Source of the DNA: Octopus sinensis | Taxonomy: Eukaryota | Direction: 5' to 3' | DNA length: 64,000 nt | Assembly (NCBI RefSeq): GCF_006345805.1 | Contig: NC_042997.1 | Coordinates: 41,726,001-41,790,000 of the forward strand | Shown here: positions 26,501 to 40,755 of the stretch, piece after piece | How the letters are laid out: each line of letters starts with the position of its first letter | Numbering within the stretch: the first letter of the stretch is position 1 | Made by a program: the position numbers and the translations under genes | The notes under the pieces: generated by a model | Seen by the model: the letters and a program-made list of their open reading frames with translations, nothing else | Told to the model about the DNA's origin: nothing | The model's database searches: none

Positions 26501-29500
26501 GAAGCCAACAATTGTTTGTACCTGGCTGTGAAGAAGGGGTTCCATTCTCAGGTTCAATAGATAACCATTTTAGATGAATACTGCAAAGAGCTAAAACTCA
26601 GAAAGAGATAAAGGCTCTCTGATGTAGTGGTAGCTAGTTATCTAGTCCAGCAGACAGCCAATTTTGACTTTAAAAACAAACGAGACATAACTCCATTGGA
26701 CCTCCTTAAAAATGCAAAGTCCAAAGAAAAATTAAAGACATTATTTCCACCACAAATACTATGTAGGTTGTGTGAAGTTAATACATGAAATTCCATCCCA
26801 GGGGTCATGTTCAAAAAGTAAATCATAGCAAGTTCAGATTCCAAACACTGAAGAAAAGGAAGTCCAAACAGTGGCAGAGTAAGTTGAGACTTCAAAAGAT
26901 TGAAGAGAAGAAAGTCCAAATGGTGACAGCAATATGTGTGTGTGTGTGTATGGAGAAGGTCCTCACGACATCACAGACAGTCGAATGTGCAAAGGTCGGG
27001 GACAAGAAAGTACAGACCGTTTGACAGCCATTACAGGCTACATCCCAATAAGTTGATTCCTAAAACCTGGAAGAGAAGTATCTCCTGAAGGTGTCACTTC
27101 AGTTAGGAAGTAATTGGTAGCAAGTTGGAATTTTCTTGGGAATTAAAACTATTGACCTGCAAATTATCAAGCATAACAATCCTTTGAACATTGTAAAATA
27201 GATCTACCAAATGCTGTTCAAATGGTATCGAAGTAGTAATCTAGAAACACGGCCACACAAATCACGGAAAGAGGCTTTTAAAGAAAGTGAGTGCTTAACA
27301 GCACTTAAATATCTATCACTAGACAAAGAAAGGAGATGTGTGTAAATGTTGTTGCTCTTTAGTCCCAGGCCTAACTTCATTAAACAGTGACCCATGATTA
27401 AATTCCTTCAACCAGAAACATCCTGTCTTTTCCTAAATGTAAACAATCCAGAACCACATTGTTCAATGTATTCTTTAAGGTGGTAAGGTATGAACTGAAA
27501 AGGATTTAGCAATTAAATCTTGCAGATCTCTACCGTATATTGACACTTTTAATAGTTTGGCTCCCTTATTTGAGAATAACCTTTGAACTAAAGAACTTTG
27601 AAATGTTCAAAAAACAAAAAGAATATAGTTTTCCAACATTACCCCTCAGCAGACTGAAAGTCGATAGTATAACAAACGAGTATAAAGCAAATGTCCCAGA
27701 AAAACCCATGTTAACAAGAACTAAATGTTCATACAACGGCAAGAAAAAAGCTAATCGAATAAAGTAGGAACAAACATGACAAACACTTACTGTGACACTT
27801 GCAATGAGAAGCCATCTCATCGTATAACATGCTTCAAGTTACAGCAATCCAAGTAATCAGGGAATAAAATAGGCTAACGATGTCTGTTGCTAATTTGCTG
27901 AAGGAAAAGTTTATTCTATAACATTTTGGGATCTATATTTGTTGATATGTCTTTTCTTATTATTGATCAGTTTTGATAATGAATCAGGAATATGTTATAA
28001 ATTTGCCAAATCTAGTTATTGTCCTTCATTTCTAAAACATAAATCATACAGAGTTCATTAGAATATCAGTTTTTAAAAATTTATACTGTGTACCAATAGT
28101 GGTACATGATGCATAATGGGGCAGTTACCAATGTACCATATATGGCACACGATGTGGTTAAATTGTTAAGAGAACACATGATCAAGCGATGCTTCAATTG
28201 GACCTATGCACAGTAACCAAGTGGCCAGATGAGTGTCCGTATGGCTCACGATATCCACAACCGGACTGAATCCCGGGACAGCATCAAGGTCACTGCATCA
28301 CAGCCTTGCCACTGAACTGCATAATGTCGAGGTGTGTAACCAGTGTTTTTTGCTATGTCTCAGGGACACTTTGGAATGATGCAGAGGTTGATAGCTAGGG
28401 ATGCAGACATAAATTCTGTGCCTCAGGGCCATCTCGGAATAACACACAGATTAATAGCTAGAGATGCTATTAATAGCTGGTGGACACTAACCACCTCAAC
28501 AGTTTTATGAACCTCTTATTGATTATAGCAACATCAAAAGTATACTTTAGAAATTTTAATTCTTCTTTACTAGTCTTGATCTGTTAATCATGTGTTCACT
28601 CGTGTTCAGCTCCCCTAAAAGTTACTATAGTTAGGAAGAAAGGTAGATTAAGCTGAAACAATCTATTTAGGACATCTTTATCCTGTCTAGAACACATTCT
28701 CATAGCAACATCTAGAGGATCTTACAAAGGTTGATTTTACGGACAAACATCAAATGTACATGATCAATTTGATCAAGTATACAGTAGAAGACAATAATGA
28801 CACATTGATATCCATCCTGATTTTCATGTAAATTTTCATTTTCTATTTTTACTTCCACAAAGGGTTCAGTTCAGTTCGACATTAAGAACAAAAAGAAAAG
28901 GAGACCATTGCATGAAGTCGTTTCCCGGGGTCACCTCGCAATGACACACAAGCTAATAGCCCTGGGTGTAAGCATAAATGCTGTTGAATGTGATGGTAAC
29001 AGCTGTTTTCACCTTGCCGTGACAAGAAAAGTGTTTAATTCCGAGGGTGCATCCATGGATTTACTAAACAAAGTTTTTAAATTGTTTGCGTATATATATG
29101 TGTGTGAGTGTGTGTGCGTGTGTGTGATTTTGTGTATTTGTGAGTCTTTGTGTGAGTGTGAGAGAGACAGACAGACAGACAAACTTTGCTTGTCATGTAT
29201 CAATTATCCCCTATCAACTCCATCCTCCATTACCATTCCGTGATCCAGTCTCCCTTTATGACCCAAGTGATATTATGTAACAAACAATATTCCATCTCCT
29301 TTCACTCTCAAAGATGTCGTCTCACCACGGTCGAGAGGGGACCCATCTCAGTTGTTGGCCATATAAACACAGCCATCACAATGTGACGGAGAAGTGGCCT
29401 ATTTAATAGATGAGATATTATCCTCAATTAACAATGATGCAGGATAGAAGAGATGTCTGAGCTTTATAGTGCTGGTGCCATGGTAAATACATCCAGTCCA

Positions 29501-32500
29501 TTCTATGAAGAATTCTGAGTGAAACTGCTCTCTATCCTACTTCTTGTACATGACATGAATCTACTGACTTCTTGTGGACATGTCATAAGAATGTTGTGGT
29601 TAAGGTGTTAAGAGAACACACGATAAAGTGATGCTTCAATTGGACCTATGCACAGTAACAAAGTGGCCAGATGAGTGTCCATATGGCTCACGATATCCAC
29701 AACTGGACTGAATCCCGGGACAGCATCAAGGTCACTGCATCACAGCCTTGCCACTGAACTGCATAATGTCGAGGTGTGTAACCAGTGTTTTTTGCTATGT
29801 CTCAGGGACACTTTGGAATGATGCAGAGGTTGATAGCTAGGGATGCAGACATAAATTCTGTGCCTCAGGGTCATCTCGAAATAACACACAGATTAATAGC
29901 TAGGGATGCAGACACAAATTCTGTAAACAAAGAAGCCAACAATTGTTTGCACCTGGCTGCGAAGAAGGGGTTCCATTCTCAGGTTCAATAGATAACCATA
30001 TTAGATGAATACTGCAAAGAGCTAAAACTCAGAAAGGGATAAAGGCTCTCTGATGTAGTGGTAGCTAGTTATCTAGTCCAGCAGACAGCCAGTTTTGACT
30101 TTAAAAACAAACGAGACATAACTCCATTGGACCTCCTTAAAAATGCAAAGTCCAAAGAAAAATTAAAGACATTATTTCCACCACAAATACTATGTAGGTT
30201 GTGTGAAGTTAATACATGAAATTCCATCCCTGGGGTCATGTTCAAAAAGTAAATCATAGCAAGTTCAGACTCCAAACACTGAAGAAAAGGAAGGCCAAAC
30301 AGTCGCAGAGTAAGTTGAGACTTCAAAGATTGAAGAGAAGAAAGTCCCGATGGTGACAGCAATATGTGTGTGTGTGTGTATGGAGAAGGTCCTCACGACA
30401 TCACAGACAGTTGAATGTGCAAAGGTCGGGGACAAGAAAGTACAGACCGTTTGACAGCCATTAGAGGCTACATCCCAGTAAGTTGATTCCTAAAACCTGG
30501 AAGAGAAGTATCTCCTGAAGGAGGCATTTCAGTTAGGAAGTAATTGGTAGCAAGTCGGAATTTTCTTGGGAATTAAAACTATTGACCTGCAAATTATCAA
30601 GCATAACAATCCTTTGAACATTGTAAAATAAATCTACCAAATGCTGTTCAAATGGTTTCAAAGTAGTAATCTAGAAAAACGGCCACACAAATCACAGAAA
30701 GAGGCTTTTAAATAAAGTGAGTGCTTAACAGCACTTAAATATCTATCACTAGACAAAGAAGGGAGATGTGTGTAAATGTTGTTGCTCTTTAGTCCCAGGC
30801 CTAACTTCACTAAACAGTGACCCATGATTAAATTCCTTCAACCAGAAACATCCTGTCTTTTCATAAATGTAAACAATCCAGAACCACGTTGCCCAATATA
30901 TTCTTTAAGGTGGTAAGGTATGAATTGAAGAGGATTTAGCAATTAAATCTTGCAGATCTCTACCGTATATTGACGCCTTTAATAGTTTGGCTCCCATATT
31001 TGAGAAGGACACTCCGGGGTCAACTCGGAATGAAACAAGCTAATAGCCCTGGGTGCAAACATAAATGCTGTTGATGGTGATGGTGATGATAACAGCTGTT
31101 TGCACCTTGCTGTGAAAAGAAAAGTTTTTAATTCCGACGGAGCATCCACGTATTTACTAAACGAAGTAAGTTATTAAATTCTTTGCATATATATATATGT
31201 GTGTGAGTGTGTGATTTTGTGTATTTGTGAGTCTTTGTGTGTGACAGACAGACAAACCTTGCTTGTCATGTATCAATTATCCCCTATCAACTCCATCCTC
31301 CATTACCATTCCGTGATCCAGTCTCCCCTTTTGACCCAAGTGATATTATGTAACAAACAACATTCCATCTCCTTTCACTCTCAAAGATGTCGTCTCACCA
31401 CGGTCGAGAGGGGACCCATTTCGGTTGTTGGACATATAAACACAGCCATCACAATGTGACGGAGAAGTGGACTGTTTAATAAGGAGATATAATTCTCAAT
31501 TAACAATGATGCAGGATAGAAGAGATGTCTGAGCTTTATAGTGCTGGTGCCATGGTAAATACATCCAGTCCATTCTATGAAGAATTCTGAGTGAAACTGC
31601 TCTCTATCCTACTTCTTGTACATGACATGAATCCACTGACTTCTGGTGGACATGTCATAAGAATGTTGTGGTTAAGGTGTTAAGAGAACACATGATCAAG
31701 TGATGCCTTAATTGGACCTATGCACAGTAACCAAGTGGCCAGATGAGTGTCCGTATGGCTCACGATATCCACAACCGGACTGAATCCCGGGACAGCATCA
31801 AGGTCACTGCATCACAGCCTTGCCACTGAACTGCATAATGTGGAGATGTGTAACCAGTGTTTTTTGATGTGCCTCAGGGACACATTGATATCCATCCTGA
31901 TTTTCATGTAAATTTTCATTTTCTATTTTTACTTCCACATAGCATTCAGTAAAATTGGATATTCAGAACAAAAAGTAAAGGACACCATTGCTTGAAGCCA
32001 TTTCCCGGGGTCACCTCGCAATGACACACAAGCTAATAGCCCTGGGTGTAAGCATAAATGCAGTTGATGGTGATGGTAACAGCTGTTTTCACCTTGCCGT
32101 GAAAACAAAAGTGTTTAATTCCAACGGTGCATCCATGGATTTATTAAACGAAGTTTTTAAATTGTTTGCGTATATATATGTGTGTGTGAGTGTGTGCGTG
32201 TGTCCGTGATTTTGTGTATTTGTGAGTCTTTGTGTGAGTGTGAGAGAGAGACAGACAGACAAACTTTGCTTGTCATGTATCAATTATCCCCTATCAACCC
32301 AATCCTCCATTACCATTCCGTGATCCAGTCTCCCCTTTTGACCCGAGTGATATTATGTAACAAACAATATTCCATCTCCTTTCACTCTCAAAGATGTCGT
32401 CTCACCACGGTCGAGAGGGGACCCATTTCGGTTGTTGGCCATATAAACACAGCCATCACAATGTGACGGAGAAGTGGACTGTTTAATAGAGGAGATATTA

Positions 32501-35500
32501 TTCTCAATTAACAATGATGCAGGATAGAAGAGATGTCTGAGCTTTATAGTGCTGGTGCCATGGTAAATACATCCAGTCCATTCTATGAAGAATTCTGAGT
32601 GAAACTGCTCTCTATCCTACTTCTTGTACACGACATGAATCCACTGACTTCTTGTGGACATGTCATAAAAATGTTGTGGTTAAGGTGTTAAGAGAACACA
32701 TGATAAAGTGATGCTTCAATTGGACCTATGCACAGTAACCAAGTGGCCAGATGAGTGTCCATATGGCTCACGATATCCACAACTGGACTGAATCCCGGGA
32801 CAGCATCAAGGTCACTGCATCACAGCCTTGCCACTGAACTGCATAATGTCGAGGTGTGTAACCAGTGTTTTTTGCTATGTCTCAGGGACACTTTGGAATG
32901 ATGCAGAGGTTGATAGCTAGGGATGCAGACATAAATTCTGTGCCTCAGGGTCATCTCGAAATAACACACAGATTAATAGCTAGGGATGCAGACACAAATT
33001 CTGTAAACAAAGAAGCCAACAATTGTTTGCACCTGGCTGCGAAGAAGGGGTTCCATTCTCAGGTTCAATAGATAACCATATTAGATGAATACTGCAAAGA
33101 GCTAAAACTCAGAAAGGGATAAAGGCTCTCTGATGTAGTGGTAGCTAGTTATCTAGTCCAGCAGACAGCCAGTTTTGACTTTAAAAACAAACGAGACATA
33201 ACTCCATTGGACCTCCTTAAAAATGCAAAGTCCAAAGAAAAATTAAAGACATTATTTCCACCACAAATACTATGTAGGTTGTGTGAAGTTAATACATGAA
33301 ATTCCATCCCTGGGGTCATGTTCAAAAAGTAAATCATAGCAAGTTCAGACTCCAAACACTGAAGAAAAGGAAGGCCAAACAGTCGCAGAGTAAGTTGAGA
33401 CTTCAAAGATTGAAGAGAAGAAAGTCCCGATGGTGACAGCAATATGTGTGTGTGTGTGTGTATGGAGAAGGTCCTCACGACATCACAGACAGTTGAATGT
33501 GCAAAGGTCGGGGACAAGAAAGTACAGACCGTTTGACAGCCATTAGAGGCTACATCCCAGTAAGTTGATTCCTAAAACCTGGAAGAGAAGTATCTCCTGA
33601 AGGAGGCATTTCAGTTAGGAAGTAATTGGTAGCAAGTCGGAATTTTCTTGGGAATTAAAACTATTGACCTGCAAATTATCAAGCATAACAATCCTTTGAA
33701 CATTGTAAAATAAATCTACCAAATGCTGTTCAAATGGTTTCAAAGTAGTAATCTAGAAAAACGGCCACACAAATCACAGAAAGAGGCTTTTAAATAAAGT
33801 GAGTGCTTAACAGCACTTAAATATCTATCACTAGACAAAGAAGGGAGATGTGTGTAAATGTTGTTGCTCTTTAGTCCCAGGCCTAACTTCACTAAACAGT
33901 GACCCATGATTAAATTCCTTCAACCAGAAACATCCTGTCTTTTCATAAATGTAAACAATCCAGAACCACGTTGCCCAATATATTCTTTAAGGTGGTAAGG
34001 TATGAATTGAAGAGGATTTAGCAATTAAATCTTGCAGATCTCTACCGTATATTGACGCCTTTAATAGTTTGGCTCCCATATTTGAGAAGGACACTCCGGG
34101 GTCAACTCGGAATGAAACAAGCTAATAGCCCTGGGTGCAAACATAAATGCTGTTGATGGTGATGGTGATGATAACAGCTGTTTGCACCTTGCTGTGAAAA
34201 GAAAAGTTTTTAATTCCGACGGAGCATCCACGTATTTACTAAACGAAGTAAGTTATTAAATTCTTTGCATATATATATATGTGTGTGAGTGTGTGATTTT
34301 GTGTATTTGTGAGTCTTTGTGTGTGACAGACAGACAAACCTTGCTTGTCATGTATCAATTATCCCCTATCAACTCCATCCTCCATTACCATTCCGTGATC
34401 CAGTCTCCCCTTTTGACCCAAGTGATATTATGTAACAAACAACATTCCATCTCCTTTCACTCTCAAAGATGTCGTCTCACCACGGTCGAGAGGGGACCCA
34501 TTTCGGTTGTTGGACATATAAACACAGCCATCACAATGTGACGGAGAAGTGGACTGTTTAATAAGGAGATATAATTCTCAATTAACAATGATGCAGGATA
34601 GAAGAGATGTCTGAGCTTTATAGTGCTGGTGCCATGGTAAATACATCCAGTCCATTCTATGAAGAATTCTGAGTGAAACTGCTCTCTATCCTACTTCTTG
34701 TACATGACATGAATCCACTGACTTCTGGTGGACATGTCATAAGAATGTTGTGGTTAAGGTGTTAAGAGAACACATGATCAAGTGATGCCTTAATTGGACC
34801 TATGCACAGTAACCAAGTGGCCAGATGAGTGTCCGTATGGCTCACGATATCCACAACCGGACTGAATCCCGGGACAGCATCAAGGTCACTGCATCACAGC
34901 CTTGCCACTGAACTGCATAATGTGGAGATGTGTAACCAGTGTTTTTTGATGTGCCTCAGGGACACATTGATATCCATCCTGATTTTCATGTAAATTTTCA
35001 TTTTCTATTTTTACTTCCACATAGCATTCAGTAAAATTGGATATTCAGAACAAAAAGTAAAGGACACCATTGCTTGAAGCCATTTCCCGGGGTCACCTCG
35101 CAATGACACACAAGCTAATAGCCCTGGGTGTAAGCATAAATGCAGTTGATGGTGATGGTAACAGCTGTTTTCACCTTGCCGTGAAAACAAAAGTGTTTAA
35201 TTCCAACGGTGCATCCATGGATTTATTAAACGAAGTTTTTAAATTGTTTGCGTATATATATGTGTGTGTGAGTGTGTGCGTGTGTCCGTGATTTTGTGTA
35301 TTTGTGAGTCTTTGTGTGAGTGTGAGAGAGAGACAGACAGACAAACTTTGCTTGTCATGTATCAATTATCCCTATCAACCCAATCCTCCATTACCATTCC
35401 GTGATCCAGTCTCCCCTTTTGACCCGAGTGATATTATGTAACAAACAATATTCCATCTCCTTTCACTCTCAAAGATGTCGTCTCACCACGGTCGAGAGGG

Positions 35501-36847
35501 GACCCATTTCGGTTGTTGGCCATATAAACACAGCCATCACAATGTGACGGAGAAGTGGACTGTTTAATAGAGGAGATATTATTCTCAATTAACAATGATG
35601 CAGGATAGAAGAGATGTCTGAGCTTTATAGTGCTGGTGCCATGGTAAATACATCCAGTCCATTCTATGAAGAATTCTGAGTGAAACTGCTCTCTATCCTA
35701 CTTCTTGTACACGACATGAATCCACTGACTTCTTGTGGACATGTCATAAAAATGTTGTGGTTAAGGTGTTAAGAGAACACATGATAAAGTGATGCTTCAA
35801 TTGGACCTATGCACAGTAACCAAGTGGCCAGATGAGTGTCCGTATGGCTCACGATATCCACAACCGGACTGAATCCCAGGACAGCATCACAAAGAAGGCA
35901 ACAATTGTTTGCGCCTGGCCGTGAAGAAGGGGTTCCATTCTCAGGTTCAATAGATAACCATTTTAGATGAATACTGCAAAGAGCTAAAACTCAGAAAGAG
36001 ATAAAGGCTCTCTGATGTAGTGGTAGCTAGTTATCTAGTCCAGCAGACAGCCAATTTTGACTTTAAAAACAAACGAGACATAACTCCATTGGACCTCCTT
36101 AAAAATGCGAAGTCCAAAGAAAAATCAAAGACATTATTTCCACCACAAATACAATGTAGGTTGTGTGAACTTAATACATGAAATTCCATCCCTGGGGTCA
36201 TGTTCAAAAAGTAAATCATAGCAAGTTCAGACTCCAAACATTGAAGAAAAGGAAGTCCAAACAGTGGCAGAGTAAGTTGAGACTTCAAAGATTGAAGAGA
36301 AGAAAGTCCAAATGGTGACAGCAATATGTGTGTGTGTGTGTGTGTGTGTGTGTATGGAGAAGGTCCTCACGACATCACAGACAGTTGAATGTGCAAAGGT
36401 CGGGGACAAGAAAGTACAGACCGATTGACAGCCATTAGAGACTACATCCCAGTAAGTTGATTCCTAAAACCTGGAAGAGAAGGATCTCCTGAAGGAGGCA
36501 CTTCAATTAGGAAGCAATTGGTAGCAAGTTGGAATTTTCTTGGGAATTAAAACTATTGACCTGCAAATTATCAAGCATAACAATCCTTTGAACATTGTAA
36601 AATAGATCTACCAAATGCTGTTCAAATGGTATCGAAGTAGTAATCTAGAAAAACGGCCACACAAATCACGGAAAGAGGCTTTTAAAGAAAGTGAGTGCTT
36701 AACTGCACTCAAATATCTATCTCTAGACAAAGAATGGAGATGTGTGTAAATGTTGTTGCTCTTTAGTCCCAGGCCTAACTTCACTAAACAGTGACCCATG
36801 ATTAAATTCCTTCAACCAAAAACACCCTGTCTTTTCCTAAATGTAAA

Positions 36848-38442
36848 AAACCCATCGAGAAACTGGTCGACAAGTTGCAAACGTGTGCCACACCAGGCAG
36901 GAGTATCCATAACAACCTCCATCTGATACGCTACATCATAGACAGGGTAGTTAAGGGACCTGGCATGGGCGGCGTGCTGACCAATTTGGATCAATCCAAA
37001 GCTTTCAATAGGGTAGACCATCGATACTTGGAGACTGTCTTCATAGCAGCTGGTCTCAGTACTGTTTTCCGTGGTTGGATTGCTGCCTTATACAATGCCA
37101 TCCATTCAGTAGTTTGTGCGAATGGGCATCTCTCCAGACCATTTGACATTGCACGTTTGGTCCATTAGGGATGCCCCCACTTGTCACTTATGTACGTATT
37201 GACTCTTCTATGGAAGCTGGCGATGTTAAGGGGCATCCCTCAAGAACTGGGTTACATGCTAGTGTCTAGCAACGGTCAAATTGATCTGGTCGGCAAGACA
37301 CTAAAAAAACGCATAGCAGTAATGGGAGCAAAAATTAACTGGGAAAAGTCCGTGGGCTTGCAGCTCAGAACCTGGAGAAGCAAGCCCATGCCGTCCAACT
37401 TCATCTCATTCATGAGACTCTGGACAGCTGGACCGGTTAAATTACTCGGGATCTGGACCTCCAAATGGAGAAATGGGATGAGGTAACGAGTAGGGTGGCT
37501 ACTCTCACCCAGCAATTAGCCGAAAGGAAGCTATCCCTAGAAGATTTAATTGGAATTTCAGAGAAAAATAATGGAGAAGAGTATGAATATGTATGTGTTT
37601 TGTTAAGTCGTTATTTTGATAGTGTAGAGGAGGTATGACGATGATCTTAGAAAGAACCTGGGTACCGACGAATACCTAACCTACCTGTTCAGGACAACAT
37701 TTGGGCCAGAGATCCCTGGCCTGGCAGTGCTAACGAGAAGCACCACCTGTTTGAGATAAAGTCTACAGGCATGGCTCTAGAAACACCGGGTCAACCTGTC
37801 CGAGATGCAGTCAGAGCGACGAATCCGTTCTGCATACACTTGCAGTGTCAAACCATTTCCAACCTGTGGGCTTATCTCGAACAACTGTCATGTCGCGTAT
37901 GGGACGAGTTACTTTATCAGCTGAGTCTAACGTTAATATTGCTCCGCCTCCTTACTTCAAACGGGAAGGAAGAGCTGTTTTCAGTGTACTAGTGGCTATG
38001 GCAAAAGAATGTGTATGGTGGACGCATTTGAAAGGCCTTGAAACAAAAACTTCCCTCTTTGGTCAATCACTCAACTTTTTCAAGTATCACTTGAAAAGGA
38101 AGATGAGAGTATAGAGGGAAGTTTTGCCTAGTGAATGTTTCATGAAAAGATGGGTGAATGTAGCAAGGATGGCACATGTGAATGATGGAACCACCTTGAG
38201 CATAGTCCTATGAACCACAGAGAAAGAGAGTACTTCACTAAGGTACTTTTGTATTTCAATGCCCGAGGTTAGCATGGGCTTTTCTGTCCAAGGATAAACC
38301 TAATGTGTTTTTTCACATTTTTACTGGGATACACAATCCCTTTTGATCAGAAATTTATTTTCTTTTTTACTCTATTTTCTTTCTTCTCTCAAAAAGAAAA
38401 GCTCTACATGGTATTTTGTCTCCTGTGTGGCTAATAAAGAAA
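36848..38442 (+). mobile_element. Tx1/L1-clade LINE ORF2 (RT and C-terminus), degenerate and internally deleted, abutting the array end
   Basis: QTCATPGRSIHNNLHLIRYII...LDQSKAFNRVDHRYL...NGHLSRPF...AKINWEKS; C-terminal AMAKECVWWT..FFKYHLKRK; ends cctgtgtggctaataaagaaa. Confidence 0.85.
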
Positions 38443-38749
38443 ATTAGGAGTCATATCATTCTATTAGGTTTGCTGAATTTGGTTTGTTCAGCAAGACTAG
38501 CCTCCACACTATGGCAACTGTCCAGCTTTGTATTATGGAACTATAACCACAATTTAAGTTCGTTCCAATACATTCCAGTAATTTACACATTTGCTGTGAC
38601 AAATCCACTGGTTTTATCAGACCTTTTGTGCCAGAGAAACATAGACATATTTTCTCTGTATTACATAATCTTTCTCACCCTGGATGGGATGCAACAATTA
38701 AACTTATTAGCAATTATTTTGTTTGACCCGGAATGAACAAGGACATATG

Positions 38750-39330
38750 TACACAGGCGCAATCCTGTTTAAAATATCAAAAGTCTAAAGTACATTGATA
38801 AATCAAAACACCTCTTGGTACTAATGCAAATCCAGATGCTAGGTTCCAGCATTTTCACAGTCATTGTGGCACCTTTACCATCCGTGAATAGTAATTATTT
38901 GTTGACCTGTATCAACTGTGTTTCGAGCTGACCAAAAGCCACAACAATCAAGGACATTTCACCAACAACAATTGTACAAACTTTTTTAGAAAAACTGGAT
39001 TTCTCATTTTGGAGTTTCCAAAACTTTTAAAAACTGACAGAGGAAGACAATTTGAAGCTTCACTTTTTTTTCCAAGTTCATTAATTTCTTAGGTTTACAT
39101 AGAATCACAACTGATCATCCCCAAGTAAACAGAATGATTGCAAAGACATTTCACAAAAAATGGTCACCTCTAATATTAATAAGGATAAGATCCACTGTAA
39201 AGGAAAACTTAGTGTTCTCCTGCTCAATTAGCATACGGTTAAATGTTTGAAGAGTCAATCTATGTGCAACATAATCCTACAGATTAGATTTCCAGACTCC
39301 CACGATTTACATCCAATTTATCCATCTTTC
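38750..39330 (+). mobile_element. Gypsy-type integrase remnant 1
   Basis: Degenerate RFQHFH..., PKLLKTDRGRQFE, HPQVNRMI..FH motifs with stops and frameshifts. Confidence 0.6.
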
Positions 39331-39689
39331 CATTTACAGACACCAAAGGCTCACATTCCTTCAGACATTAAAACATCTGCATTCAAGAACATGAAAATAC
39401 AATTGGAAAAGATTACCAAAACATGTGATCCTGATATTAAATTAAAACAATAACATCAAGGCTAACATCCTGAAACATTGTCTGAGACAGGAAGGGCCAC
39501 GTAGCAAGAATGAGAGAAATGAGGATGCTGCACCAAATTTTGTAAGGTGAAGTTTCCACTGGAAGAACGCTCTGTGACCATCCCTTCCATCGATAAAAGG
39601 ATCAGCTGAAGCAAAGACTAAAACTGACTGGCATCAATCCCAAAGCCAGGGATATTGAAGCTGAGGACAAACTTGAAAAATAAACAAGA

Positions 39690-40755
39690 GAAACACAAAT
39701 GCAAACCATTTCCTCCACTCTGCAACAAGGGATTAAGGTCTGCAGAAGGAGTGGTAGTACCAACTGCACCACAGAAACAGATTTTACATGAATTTCATAG
39801 TGGACACCTGAGGATGTTGAGAATGAAAGCTTTGAAAAGGAGTTGTGAGTATTGGCTGACACTGGACCAGGACATTGAAAATTTGGTTAAATCTTGTAGC
39901 CAAGGCACCACAAATGAAAAACCAATCATGGCCTGAGACAGACAGAGTCCATTGTCTATATAGACTACACTGGACCAGTGAATAGAGACTACTACTTGAT
40001 CGTTGTTGATAGCTTTATCAAGTGGTCGGAAGTCTGTGGGTGCAGTCAACCAACCTCAAAGTTCCTGAATCAACTATTTGCTCGATACAGTGTTCCAGAC
40101 ACCATAGTATTGGACAATGGAACATAATTTAAAGGACATGTTCAAGAAATTGTACAAAATGCATGCTATCAAGTATGTTTACCCCACTCTACACCCGAGG
40201 TCAAATGGGCAAGCACAACGATTTGTAGATACTTTCAAGTAAGTGTTAGAGAGAGAGAGAGAAAAGAAAAAAAGGAATGAGTTAGGAAACGATGAAGTAC
40301 TAACTAAATTCTTATGGGTGTACAGAATAACACCCAATATGAATATCAGCTCAGGCATGTTGCCTGCAGATCTAATGTTCATTCGAAAGATTAAATTGAT
40401 CATCGACAAATTGTTGCCAAAGGGAAAAATGTATAAAGACAGAAAAAATTCAACGAAACATTTTGATGTCAGAAACAAAGTTCATTTCAAAGTCTACAAG
40501 AACGGTACACAGAGTTGGCAGGATGGTGTAGTGATTAAAAGAATTGGTAACATGATCTATTTAATAAAGGGCCAATACTGGGCACATAAACAACACCTAA
40601 ATCAAATAGAGAATACACATACAGAAAAAAGGAAGGAAATTCCAAGGGAAGTGCTTTACGAGATGTTCAATGTGCCACCACCGAAAGAGATTGAGCAGTA
40701 ACAGAAAATGTAAATAGACTAAATATTAGGATATAATTCCTAAGCAGAAAAGGTG
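39690..40755 (+). mobile_element. Gypsy-type integrase remnant 2
   Basis: ILHEFHSGHLRMLRMKAL..YWLTLDQDIENLVKSC (zinc-binding), PDTIVLDNGT, PRSNGQAQRFVDTFK, FLWVYRITPN, GVVIKRIGNMIYLI; purine-rich tract at ~40742-40754. Confidence 0.85.

Larger units (their letters stand above)
9007..36847 (+). repeat. Tandem segmental array: 8 full units plus 1 partial, ankyrin/death-domain pseudogene cassette
   Basis: Marker gagctaaaactcag at 9007, 12585, 16162, 19714, 23302, 26588, 30019, 33099, 35981; unit lengths 3578, 3577, 3552, 3588, 3286, 3431, 3080, 2882 and partial 867; units near-identical over shared segments. Confidence 0.97.

Noticed and set aside
9007-36847. CRISPR-like or prokaryotic defence array
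   Set aside because: Eukaryotic context; repeats are kb-scale duplications without unique spacers or cas genes
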